Shown here: positions 1 through 11,697 of the stretch, piece after piece
How the letters are laid out: each line of letters begins with the position of its first letter
How positions within the stretch are numbered: the first letter of the stretch is position 1
Origin: Octopus vulgaris
Taxonomy: Eukaryota
DNA: 64,000 bases
Assembly: GCA_951406725.2 (NCBI GenBank)
Contig: OX597823.1
Coordinates: 68,386,001 to 68,450,000 of the forward strand
Reading direction: 5' to 3'
Translations under genes and position numbers: made by a program
Notes under the pieces: model-generated
Databases searched by the model: none
Seen by the model: the letters and a program-made list of their open reading frames with translations, nothing else
Told to the model about the DNA's origin: nothing

Positions 1-1045
1 CATGAACCTACATTAATATAACTTAGTCTATCATTGGGCTTCCTATAAGGCTTATAAATATTATTATTAAGATCTAAGGAAACGTCTAAGAAATTGACAA
101 CCGTCAGGTTAGTGTCTATAGTTATACTAAGTCCGAAGTGTTTCATTAACTGGATAATATCCTTCCTAAAACGATCTTGTGCTGGTCCATTTGTATTAGC
201 TGTTAAGGCGAGGGCATCATCTTTGTAGATGGCGAAATGTACGTTAGGGAATGTCTTACTGAAGGTATCTAGGAGAAAGAGTCCAATTAGATCACAGATG
301 CCTGCCCCATCATATGAACCCATGCTCACATCGAAAGCGCCCTCCGTGTCGGTGTTTTTTACCCACTTTGCATTCTCACTGAAAAGTAATGTCTTTCTAG
401 CATGGAAGATTATATCCTTATCATTGGTACTAATTTCTATGAAGTCACTAGCGAAGATTAGGGCTTTATCTAGCAGTTCTTTAGAGATAGAGGCATAAAA
501 ATCAACAATATCGAATTGTGTAAACCTCGCTTTTTTCTTATTCTTAATAGCTTTAAACCAGTCTACGACTTCTATACTATTGGACCATTGCACTAGCCTA
601 GTATCGGTCTTAATTTTCGTATTTATTTTATCTAAAATTTCTTTGCTAATAATCCCTAGTTCTGACTTGGCTGGGTTGATAAGCCTACATTTAGGATTGG
701 AAAGGAAGTTTTCTTTGTGGTCTTTAATAGTAATAAAGGCCTCTTTTTGGGGGAGGGTTTCTATTTTTTTATCTAATTTAAGTTTAGCGGCGATGACGCT
801 AGCTTCTTTATTAATTTCGTTATATGTCTGTGCCCTAGCCTTAGTATAATTATTAATGATGCTGTTGTGTAAGAGTTGTGTGTATTTGCTGTTATCTACC
901 AGGTATAAGTTCTTGGTTTTATCCGAAAAAAGTGCTTTTTTCTTGGAGCTTTTTATATGATCAATATCTTTCTTCAATTTATGTTGGAAAATGTTAAAAG
1001 ACTTACGAAACTTTATTTTGCTCATGATCTTCAGCAGGTCCGCTT
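1..1045 (-). mobile_element. Penelope-like element (Naiad-type), RT-coding arm; 5'-truncated and running off the left window edge
   Basis: Manual translation of the minus strand from 1043 to 1 is stop-free (~347 codons). Motifs: SDKTKNLY (DKT variant of the PLE DKG motif), IKDHKENF..CRLINPAKSE, FDIVDFYASI, MGSYDGAG, YKDD (216-227), FLDVSLDL. It is missing from the ORF track because it has no stop inside the window. Confidence 0.92.
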
Positions 1046-1999
1046 TTAGACGTTTCCTTAGATCTTAATAATAATATTTATAAGCCTTATAGGAAGCCCA
1101 ATGATAGACTAAGTTATATTAATGTAGGTTCATGCCATCCCCCTATAGTATTCAAAAATTTAGTTAAAAATATTAGTAAGAGGATTTCTAGCCTCTCATC
1201 TAATGAGGACATCTTCAATAGCGTTGCCCCAGTTTATAATAAAGCTTTAAAAGATAGTGGTTTTAGCGAAAAAATAAAATATACACCTATCACCAGCCCA
1301 ACAATAAAGAAAAGGAATAATAGAAATAGGAAGGTCATCTGGTTTACGCCCCCTTACTCACCCGAGGTGGCCTTCAATATAGGTAAATATTTCCTAGCAC
1401 TGATAGATAGACATTTTCCAGTTAACCATGCTTATAGGAAACTCTTCAATAGACACAATTTAAAAATTAGTTTTAGTTCAACTACCAATTTTAAAAACAT
1501 AATCAATCATAACATACAAAAAACACAAGAAGAAAACAGCTGTTCATGCAGGAATAAAGAATTGTGCCCGCTAAATGGAGCTTGCATGTCCAAGACCATC
1601 ATATATGAGGCTACCGTAAACTCTATAACCACTAAAGACACCGTTTTGACGAAGAAATACGTGGGCCTGACAGAGGGTAATTTCAAGGCCAGGTTCAATA
1701 ACCACACTTTGAGCTTTAGGCACTGGAACAAAAGAAAAGCGACACAATTATCCAATCATATTTGGTCTTTAAGAGATAAAGGTGTCGATTATAACATACA
1801 ATGGAAGATTTTGGCCAGATGTAAGCCCTATACTAACGGCAGCGGAAGGTGCGGTTTATGCGACATGGAGAGATGGCTTATCTGGAAAAGCAGCTTAGAC
1901 CCTACCACATGTCTAAATACAAGGACAGAACTTTTCGGATCATGCCCACATGTGACTAAATTTCTGTTACGTTTTTGGTCCCCTAAAGAAAACGGATAG
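1046..1999 (+). CDS. Penelope-like (Naiad-type) polyprotein C-terminal part: RT thumb, linker and GIY-YIG endonuclease (5'-truncated)
   Basis: Frame is open from 1046 (LDVSLDL...) through ORF 1367-1999. Contains CSCRNKELCPLNGAC (CxCx5C), TIIYEATV...KKYVGLT (GIY-YIG variant), RFNNH, LSNHIW, CGLC..E and LN.RTE. Confidence 0.9.
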   Translation, partial: LDVSLDLNNNIYKPYRKPNDRLSYINVGSCHPPIVFKNLVKNISKRISSLSSNEDIFNSVAPVYNKALKDSGFSEKIKYTPITSPTIKKRNNRNRKVIWFTPPYSPEVAFNIGKYFLALIDRHFPVNHAYRKLFNRHNLKISFSSTTNFKNIINHNIQKTQEENSCSCRNKELCPLNGACMSKTIIYEATVNSITTKDTVLTKKYVGLTEGNFKARFNNHTLSFRHWNKRKATQLSNHIWSLRDKGVDYNIQWKILARCKPYTNGSGRCGLCDMERWLIWKSSLDPTTCLNTRTELFGSCPHVTKFLLRFWSPKENG

Positions 2000-2194
2000 A
2001 ACATGCTTTCTGTGTTATGTCCCAAGAAGATTTTATATATTTTTATATATTTTTATATATTTTTTATGTATTTTTATATAATTTTTATGACGAAAAATGC
2101 GAGCGATGTATAAGTACGCAGGCAAAGCAGAGTTATAACAGAGTAATTTCCCTTCATTTTTAACGGTATTTTTTCATAACGTTTTCAAATAGCC

Positions 2195-2257
2195 AGATAA
2201 CCGAAGAGATGGTGTTGTGGATTTCCACTTCGGCATCTGAAACTCAGAGTTTTATCT
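2195..2257 (+). ncRNA. Minimal type I hammerhead ribozyme motif (core variant CCGAAGA)
   Basis: Stem I AGATAA(2195-2200)/TTATCT(2252-2257); core CCGAAGA; stem II GATG...CATC; GAAA; stem III CTC-A-GAG; GUU triplet at 2249-2251. Located in a PLE 3' UTR, where minimal hammerheads are expected. Confidence 0.75.
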
Positions 2258-2355
2258 TGACTACCGAGTAATGTAACATATTGTATAGATAAATTTCCTC
2301 TATTTACATAATATTGAGGTCTCTTTCTTTCTTTTGTTATCTTACCGTTTTATCA

Positions 2356-2356
<1 letters not shown>

Positions 2357-2396
<40 letters not shown>

Positions 2397-2450
2397 TTTG
2401 CATATATATACACATACATGCACACACATATTTATATATATGCACACATT
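2357..2450. repeat. (TA)n/(CA)n compound microsatellite
   Basis: Direct inspection. Confidence 0.9.
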
Positions 2451-2489
2451 TATATCAATTCTATGGTGTACATGGAGGCTATATATTTT

Positions 2490-4790
2490 GTTTAAGAAAT
2501 GAAGAAAGAACAAGGCATTCATGATGCAAATGATCTAATTTGCAACACTAATGTCAGAAAACCAGGTAGTTACATGGCCACTTATGAATTTGGTGGGCAT
2601 ACAAGCCAGATTGACTACATTCTAATCAGAAAAGAAGATTAACAGATGTAACAGCAAAGTCCTCTGATGAAAACGATACAACTCAACGATACAACTCAAG
2701 TTAGTGGCTAGTGACTTCAGATGTAGAGCTAGATGGATTCAGAGAGAGAGACATACACACAAACTAGTCAGGAAATGGAAGATATGAAGGCTCAAAAATC
2801 TACAGAACAGTCAGGGATTTGGAGAAACATTTGACAAGAAGGAGGAGATGATGTATAACATAGAGGACGATTAAAAGTTCTTACAAGACAACCTACTGAG
2901 GGTTAACAGAGCATATTTGTGGCTGGTGCAAATTTCCAACCAGACCAAAGGTGAAGTGGTGGTGTAACAGAGGAGTAAACAGAGTCATAAAGGTGAAGAG
3001 ACAGGCTTGGGAGGAATGGAACAATGATGGTAATAGAGACTTATACCACATAGCTAGAAGAAATGCTAGGCAACATGTTTACTTAGCAAGGATAGAAGCA
3101 GAAAGGAAGAGGTTTACCAACATTCTACAGTATGAGAACTGGAGGCATGAATTGTTCAGGATTGCATGACAGTTTATCAGTGAGAATCAAGAAGCTGTGG
3201 GATAGATGTATATAGATGGAAAATGGTACATTTGCACATAATGATTCTGAAAAGGAAGTGAAATGGAAGAGTGACTATGAAAAGCAATTAATTGTGAGGA
3301 ATGCATGGAAAACAGAGAGTTATCCCAAATGGATGCAAGAATTGATCCAGTCATTCTAGTTGACAATAGTTTGATAGATAAAGCAATTAAGAAGGCATGA
3401 AAACCACTGGGCCATCAGAAATTATTAACGAGATGCTTAAAATACTGGGTGGTGCAGGATATGGCCTGTATAATTAATCAGTGTGAACAGGAAGGTGCCA
3501 AAGAGCATTATAATTAGCTGTTATAAAGGTAAAGATTGTTGTAGAGAGAAATAATTACATAGGTATAAATTTGCTGGACCAGGCCATGCAAGTTATGGAA
3601 AGAGTTGTAGCTTGGTTAATTAGTGAAAAAGACATGATGAGATGCTGCTTGGTTTGTGCCAGGGAAAAATATACATGATCTCTTTCTGGTGAGGCAACTG
3701 CAGGAGAAGTACTTGGCTAAAAGTAAGCCACTGTACTTTGTTGACCTGGAGAAAGACATTGACAGGGCCCCTTGATGTATGATCAAGTGGTTAATAAAGA
3801 AGATAACGGTGGATAAATGGCTTGTGAGTGTCATGTAAGCTATTTCCAGTAGGAAACGCTAAATGCTGATGACCTTATTCTTAATGTAGAGATATTAGAA
3901 ATGAAATTCAAGAAGCAAAATCTAGAAGCAAAAGGCATCAAAGTTAACTTAGCAAAGACCGAAAAGTTTATTAAGCTGGAAAGTAGTCAAGACTATTTTT
4001 ATCAAGGACATGGCCTTACTCAATACATTGAAAAGTGTAGGTATAAATTCCATATGGTGTACCCAGTGCAAACTATGGGCACAAAAGAGTGCAGTGGTAT
4101 TACAGTCAAGTTAACAGAGAAAGTAGAATTTGTAAAAGACTGATTCACAGGAGCAATAATAATTAAGAGTACACCGAAAATAAAGTTTATCAAATGCCTA
4201 GGAGGATCCCTACAGGCAGGAGATGACTTCTATTGCCTTATTGGATCTAACTGGCAATAGAGGAGGTTGTTCTGAAAGTATAATTGCTAGAATAAGAATA
4301 AGAAGGGAAAAGATCAGAGAGATATTACCGCTGTTAACAAATGGCTTTTGTCTCAAAATGAAAGACTGATTGTATAATGCTTATGTATGAACTGTACTAC
4401 TACATAGTAGTGAAAAGTGAGCTCTGAATGCAGAGAACATGTAAAGACTAGAAAGAACTAAAGCTAGCATGCTCTACTGAATGTGCAAAACCAATGTGCA
4501 TGAATGACAAAATGCAAATGTGTTGAGAGAAAAGTTAGGCATAAGAGAAATCAGATGTTGTGTGAAAAAGGGAAGACTGCTTTAGTTAGGCCATGTGATG
4601 CGTATGGATGAGAGCAGCTGTGTAAAGAAATGCTAATCACTTAAGATGAGGTTTGTTGAATAGGAAGATGCAGGAAGACATGAGACAAAACAATGAAGGG
4701 TGACCTTAAAAGTTTGAATCTATGCAGAAGATGATAAAGGACCCAGATATTGGTGATATGCAGTGTCTGAGAAAACTTGGAAATATCAGT
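2490..4790 (+). mobile_element. Degraded RTE-clade LINE (end of APE domain plus RT), many stops and frameshifts
   Basis: QIDYIL, KWW, CYKGK, VRQLQEKYLAKSKPL, ADDL and GIKVNLAKT are colinear with the young copy at 47329-50209. Internal deletion near 3855. Confidence 0.88.
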
Positions 4791-5872
4791 GAAACTGAGG
4801 TTCTGGAATCAAAATGTCAATATACACAATTGATCCATTTGTGTAGTTTTTTTTCTCCTCTAATCTTCCCTCTATACTGACGATTCTCTATCACTGATGT
4901 CTCCATCACTAACCGACTGCAGTATTCTGCTGCTGTAATCAAACGAGGGCATAACTACATATTGGGATACCAGTTAGTTTTCTCACTGTTTGGAACCACT
5001 TCAGTTGACTTCTATCCTTCATTCTTTCATTGTTTCTCTTCACTCACATTTTATATTGATCAACCCATCCTTGCATACTACCATACTATTTCTTTCACCC
5101 CTCTCCACTGAGCCAATTCCTCTTGATAAACCCATATCATCATACATCTCTCACTCACTCTCCCCATGCATTGTGGATTTCTTTCCACTCACATTTTTGG
5201 AATCTGCCCACACACATGTCAACTCTTTTTCTCTGTTCTGTTCTTCACCCTCCTCTATTGCCAATCAACACATACTTAAATGAATTACTGATTACTCTGC
5301 CACCATTCACTACATTCATCCCTATATCTTTCCCAATCATCTATTCCTGACCTCTAACTCATATCTTATCATAGACTACAGCCTTACCCCTTTTCCTAAC
5401 TTCTCTCACGTTCTCCATTCATTCTTGTCATCTCTATCCAACCTTCCATCCTGTTTTTCTGCCCCATAGGGCCTTCTGAAACCTCATCATTACCATCTCA
5501 ATTTCTCTCTCCAGCTCTCCCAATTACTCCCACCCTTTGTTGCATAATGTGAGCAGCTATGTATCTCTTCTACAGCAAGGAACCTGTCCTGGCCTCTTCC
5601 TTGATACTCCAAACTTTCATCACCTTGCATAAAGCTGACTTCTTCTATACTGCTAGGGATTTTAGTCTTGCAAGCTACATAGTACGTTGATTTTATCATG
5701 GAAAAAGACCTTAGTACAATCAGTTAAGTAGTTGGCATGAGGAATGTCATCCAGCTACAAAAACTAGGCCAAAGCAGAGACTGGATCACAATGCAGTCCT
5801 CTGAACTAGAAAATCCTATCAAACTATCAAGCTTATACAAGCAAAGAAAAAAAATGCGTGTATGTGTGTGTG

Positions 5873-5889
5873 TAGATAGATATATATAT

Positions 5890-5955
<66 letters not shown>
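5873..5955. repeat. (GATA)n microsatellite
   Basis: Direct inspection. Confidence 0.95.
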
Positions 5956-5956
<1 letters not shown>

Positions 5957-6089
5957 TACACATGGTAATTGGGCTACGTTTGACAGTTTGCATAAAAGAA
6001 AAAGAAAATCTAGTATTCCATCCAACAATAGAAGTATTTTAAAATAATCAAAAAATATCAATTAGATTATGGCTGGGAGATAACAATGT

Positions 6090-6870
6090 ACTCAAAGTAG
6101 CCACTCTCAGGTTCCACCATTGCTTCAACATGGCTCCAGAACATGGCACATGCATTCCTCACCGTGTCCCAGGGAAACCTCTGAACACCATGATCTTCCC
6201 CACCAGCTTAGCCTTGGCAGTGTAGGAAGAGCAGTTGGTAGCTTTCTCAACTGTGCCCTACACATAGTGATCCATGAGATTACAATCGAGGGAGTTAGGG
6301 GCCCACCAATTGGGGCTGGGGAAGTCGCAGAAATTTTGACAAGCACTTCTGACCCTTTCTGCAGGAAAGGTTAGAAGCCAAATCCCCACATGCGATCTTC
6401 TAGCAGCAACCTTTTCCAGCCATGGTTTGACCACAGTCTCCAGCAGCTTCATATAACTATTTGAACTAAGCCTAAATCCCTGTTAAAAGATGTGGGTATT
6501 AATTTCTGTGTGTACAAGCAGTCCAAACACCTGCTGTGCCCATTTCTACTGAGTTCCTTCCTACTGGTGATGGCTTTGTAGCATCCACTATAGCAGTTCC
6601 TGTCATGTCTTACAACTTTTACAGTGTTCACAAAGCACTGAACAGCAGTCATGATGTTAGGATTTTGATATCCAGTGTGAGTCATCTTGATACAGATAAC
6701 TCTTCTCCAATATTCAAGTGGCTTCCATTCCCCATTTTAGCTAATTTCTTTTAAACAACTTTAATCTTTATGCTCTCCAAAGTCATTTACTGTTTACCAA
6801 TACATCAAACGAAAACTGCAAAAAGGAGACATAAAATATTTCCAAATTTAGCCTCAAATACTCTATGTGC
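6090..6870 (-). mobile_element. Degenerate Tc1/mariner-superfamily (maT/DD37D-like) transposase relic
   Basis: LETVVKPWLEKVA and WAPNSLDCNLMDHYV resemble the WPPNSPDCNPLDYYVW motif. Frames are disrupted and no clear TIR pair is visible. Confidence 0.7.
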
Positions 6871-7339
6871 ATACATAAAAATGTACATACACATGCATAT
6901 GTACACACATCTATACATACAGCAACACACACACACACAAACACATAGTTTTAAAAATAAAATGAACAGATATTTTGGGTATTACTGCATAGGTTTCATC
7001 TTTATTATAACTACAGTATGTTGAATGTGCCAATTATTCCATGGATACCTTTGGATTTATAGAATACAAGATGCCAGTGAACTATTCTTTCAGCTTAGCC
7101 TTAACCATAAATCTGACTTGTTTGTTTACCTGAAGTTTTAGTTATACTGTCTCGGCAAAACACATGGTGTCTTTTGTTGATGATTTGCCTTGATCTATTT
7201 ACTTCATTGATTCCCTCATCTTTCAGTCTTTATATATATATATATACAGACATTGATACAAACACATATATACCACTCTATCATTTTGATGTAACCATCA
7301 GATGTCCTCATACATCAATTGTCATAATGTGCTTCCATT

Positions 7340-7710
7340 TTTTCCAATAATTATACCCTTCTTTCTCATTTGGGTTCAAATGTTTTGACTATATTATTTC
7401 CCATCAACATGGGGCTTTTTCAAGTGGTCCACATTTTGTCTCTGAGCTTTGTGTCATGTCCATCCCATTGGAGCTTGTGCTCCATTCTGTTCTTGAGTTA
7501 TCTTGTTTTGGATATGCTCCTGCAATAATTTTCATATCATAGATCTTTTCATGGTTCTCTGTACTGTAGCTAGTCATGCCCCTTCCTTTGTTGTAGCCTA
7601 TGTATTTCTTGCATTTAAGAGTGTAAGTAGAATGGTGTATAGAAGAGATTTTCATGCAGGGTATAGTCCAGCAGAGCTTTGAGTACATTGTTAATTGAGG
7701 TATATGCATT
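7340..7710 (-). mobile_element. Possible old Penelope-like GIY-YIG remnant
   Basis: ORF 7404-7709 has C...CM...TYTLKCKKYIG, loosely colinear with CM...KKYVG of the element at 1367-1999. Confidence 0.35.
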
Positions 7711-7945
7711 TCATCCTGCTCTTACTCTGCGTGAGATATCAGTATTCATATCTTGGCACATATATATGTAAATGTAACATTAAATTACGAAACAAGTAGT
7801 AATAAGCAGTTGACAACTGAGGAAGAGTTAGACTGTTTTTGGTATTTTGTCCCATACTTTTTTTGCTCGTTGGTGATGTCCCGTACTTGATAAGTATTTT
7901 TTCATTTTTATTTTATAAATATATATGCGTGTGTGTATGTGTGTG

Positions 7946-8200
7946 TGGAAGTGCAATGGTCCAGTGGTTATGTATTCATGGCCGTAGGATTGCAGTTTTG
8001 ATTTCCAGATCAGGCGTTGCGAGTGCTTATTGAGCCAGCCTTGTCACACTCTGTGTCATGCTGAATCTCCCTGAAAACTATGTTAAGGGTACATGTGTCT
8101 GTAGAGTGCTCAGTCATCAGCATGTTAATTTCACGAGCAGGCTGTTCCATTGATTGGATCAACTGGAACCCTCATCGTCATAATCGATGGAGTGCCATGG
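7946..8200 (+). mobile_element. tRNA-derived SINE (degenerate)
   Basis: A-box-like TGGTCCAGTGG and a degenerate B-box-like GTTTTGATTTCC, flanked by TG/TA repeats. Confidence 0.55.
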
Positions 8201-8504
8201 CAATATATATATGTATTCTGTTTGTCCTAAGTAAATATACTCCTTCAACTCCTCAATGTCTTCATTGTCCTTTTAATGGCCACTTTTCTATGCTTGTGTG
8301 AATCTGATGGAATTCAGTGAGGCAGATTTTCAGCAACCAGATTGCTTTCTTGTCACCAGTCCACACCTGTTTCCAAGCAAGGTAACATTTCCCCCATGGC
8401 AGGACATATTTTCATAGAAGATTAAAAACGTGCAACATATATGTATGATGGTGACACTTATTTACAACCATCATGTGCTGTCAAGATAAGGACACATATC
8501 TATC

Positions 8505-8508
<4 letters not shown>

Positions 8509-8537
<29 letters not shown>
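8509..8537. repeat. (TG)n microsatellite
   Basis: Direct inspection. Confidence 0.95.
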
Positions 8538-8539
<2 letters not shown>

Positions 8540-11500
8540 ACTAAATACACTCACAAGGCTTTGGTCTTCATGGGACCATATTACAAGACACTTGTCCAAT
8601 AGTGGGACTGAACTTGGATTATATCATTGAGAAGCAAGCTTCTTAACCACTGAACTATGCTTGTAAATTTAATACATTTGAGATTATAGTATCTTAATGA
8701 ATTTTTAAATACTCTAAAGGTCATTGACCTGTTATTGAAAGAAAAAGGTATTCAAAGACTATGATAAAAAATCTTTGACTTGTGACAGGGAGTGTGATTG
8801 CTAACAAAAGAAATAGTCTTTGTCACTTTTTTTTTTCTACTTTAGAATATTCATTTTATTTTCTGTTTTCCCAAATTAGTTACATGCAGCAATAATCTAT
8901 TTATTGGGGTGTCTAAAAATTATAATCTTAATAAAGTGACCACATTATCGTGCGAAGAATTACTATGGAGTAATATTTCTTTTTATGAAAGAGTGACAAT
9001 GACAATATTTGAAATCTAACCTTGTTAATTCAAGCTAATATATTTATTTGATGCAATATTGATAGCAAATACTTGAGGTAAAATACATATAGACTTCACT
9101 GTGAGTTTATTCAGATTCTATAAAACAGAATAAATTTAGAACAAATGTCTTTATGGAAAGAAGAAAAAACCCTTTCATTATTCCTTTATGCTTAAAATGT
9201 TTGATAGAATATTCAACTAGCTTTCATTCAGTTTTAATTAATATTATTGTTTCTTTTTTCGGTTTAAAATGATGTCAAATTAAATTAACACTAGAAGTGG
9301 AAGGGAGAAGTATTGAAAGAGTGGGAAAAGACAGAATCTAGCAAATCAAGCAATACAAAAAATTTTAAATTGTGAGTGAGAAGGAAGAAAGGAAAGAGAA
9401 AGAAATATGAATGCTTAAGGGGAGAGGGGCATAGAAATTCTATGTTCAGAGAAAGAGAAAGAGAAAGATAATGTGCATGTGAAATTTTAAAAAACTGTGT
9501 GTGTGTGTGTGTGTGTGCATGTGCATGTGTCTGTGTGTATAGTGCATATGCATGTGTATGTACATGAGTCAAATATATATTCAGTGTGGCAAGTCACGAA
9601 AATTTAATTAATTCAAATTCCACAGTGATGACAAGTCATTTTTTTAAAAGATTGATACTGGTCAAAAAAGCATGGAGATAGTCCAAAATTTAAATTAAAT
9701 AATTTCCAAGATACATATCATGGATGCTTGATGAAATAGTTAAGTACCAGACTAAATGCCTTCTGGTATCTAGTTACATCCCTTTACTGAGGTTCATTTT
9801 TGCCTTCATTCTCCAGGAATGAGAAAATAAAGTAGGAATGATGTGCTGAGACTAATTTAGTTTACTACAGACTGTCCTTACAAATTTGTAGCCTTGTACT
9901 AAAAATTAGATCCTATAAAATTATAGCTATAATATTATATATATAACAAATTATATATTATCTGCAGTCATCTAAGATTTGTTCTAACAGTTAGATTATG
10001 CTTCACTGATGAAGTCCAATAAGACTAAAACATGTCCATAGTTGTCATTATGTTGCTAATGATAAGATTCACTTCTACTATATTATATATTCAATTAATT
10101 TTATTTAAATGAATTCACCTTTTTACTAAAAGCTGGAGAGAGGGTCTGTTCACTGAAACAGCACTGGCCATACCACAAACCACAGTTCCTGGCAGGTAGC
10201 TAAGAATATCCCCTGCTTTATTGACCAGTATTTGTCCTTTAAAAACTGACTTATCCTCATCACTGTAGAATTTGAACTAAAGTTCTCAAAGCACACTATA
10301 CCAACATCACTCTGCCTATAATTATCTTCTCAGAGTCTATTAAACAGTTTGTATGGGAACTAAGAATGTTCTAGGAATAACATATGGAAGAAGTTCTTCA
10401 GAGAAAACTTACCAAATACCAGGAGCTGGTAGAGCAGAACCAAAACCAAGGCTGGAAAGCATGCCATAAACCAATTGAAGTAAGCTGCCAGGGTTGTTTT
10501 GTGGAGTGATTAATTTGTAAAACTATGACAAGGATGGCTCTTTGCTGATGAAACAAAGAGTGGTAGCAGGATATATTCTATCACTAGAGCAGCAGAGAAA
10601 GCGACTAGATACCTTTGGATAATAAGAACAGATTCCTGGCTTGTTACTGCTGGAATATAAGGCAGGATCTGATCAGGTACCAGGAGGGTGAGGGGATGTT
10701 AGATGTTGAAAGATGTGAAACCCCTACAGTCCTAAAAACATCTAAGAGCATTAATGATATGCATTTTGGAAATTATTTTATTTAAATTCTGGGAAATCTT
10801 TCCTGCTTTATTGACTACTATAAGTAATTTAGATAATGACATTTTCCCATCACTGTGTATTTGAATTAATTAAATTTTCAAGACTTGTTACATTAAATAT
10901 GTCAGCTACAACTTTACTATTAATTTACCAACTTCTTTGCATTTGATTATCTCCCTTATCTTTTATATAAGAAAAATAAGAATGAAGGAAATATTTCATT
11001 TGACTAAGATACACACACATTAACATACAAGAGATAAATCCCATCAAGAAAATAACAACAAGAAATAAGGTCTTGTTTTCAAACACTCATATGCAGCTGC
11101 ATTACATTGTTTCATAGATGGAACAATAATTTCATCCATCAAAGGAAATATTCTAAAACATGTTTTGATAACTGGAATTCTATATTTCAATGCATTTTAA
11201 ATTCAAAATTTTAAAAAAATCTTAAAACAATATCATAAGAAATAGTTATAAAATATCATAACTAATGATATGAAATAGCTGAAAATTATTAAAAACAGAC
11301 ATTATCATAAAAAGAATGCTTGCATCCATTATATAACTCAACATGCATTGAGAAAACTAGTTGTTTCATATAACAAAGATTAAATATATTCAAATGACAG
11401 TTAAATGAGAGATAGCAAAAAGAAGAAATGCTAAATATTATTGCCATTTTGGAACATGTTTTTTTTTGTTTGCAGCAATATAAGGTAACAGTACTATATA

Positions 11501-11652
11501 AGCTAGTATAATTGCAAAAATCCTCTGTGCAAACTTAGGCACTTGCATAATGTTGGGGAAAACAGTTTCCCATGTTAATCCTATATTTCAAAGTATATGT
11601 AGTGCATGATCTTTGCAAGGCAGGCTAAGACAAACAGTATAATTTACCTTAC

Positions 11653-11697
11653 CTAGGGTTCTTAGCATAATGGCTGCAGCAAAGTTTGAACTCATAG
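11653..11697 (-). other. Candidate 45-nt host exon
   Basis: Minus strand reads: pyrimidine tract, TACTGAC branch-like motif, CTTTCAG | 45 nt | GTAAG. Two frames are open (MSSNFAAAIMLRTL or YEFKLCCSHYAKNP) and the context is non-repetitive. Confidence 0.45.

Larger units (their letters stand above)
1046..2352 (+). mobile_element. Inverted second arm of the same Penelope-like insertion (ORF 3' part plus 3' UTR/pseudo-LTR)
   Basis: 1046-1134 is the exact reverse complement of 1-89. The arm continues through the endonuclease and a hammerhead-containing UTR and ends at a (TA)n tract. Confidence 0.88.

Noticed and set aside
229-849. Plus-strand ORFs 229-498 and 580-849
   Set aside because: Antisense shadows of the minus-strand PLE RT frame.
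2000-2190. SECIS / selenocysteine recoding, as described for some Naiad elements (ATGAC..AAAA..GA at ~2087-2108)
   Set aside because: Neither arm has an in-frame TGA, the conserved endonuclease cysteines are TGY codons, and the spacing is too short for a SECIS stem.
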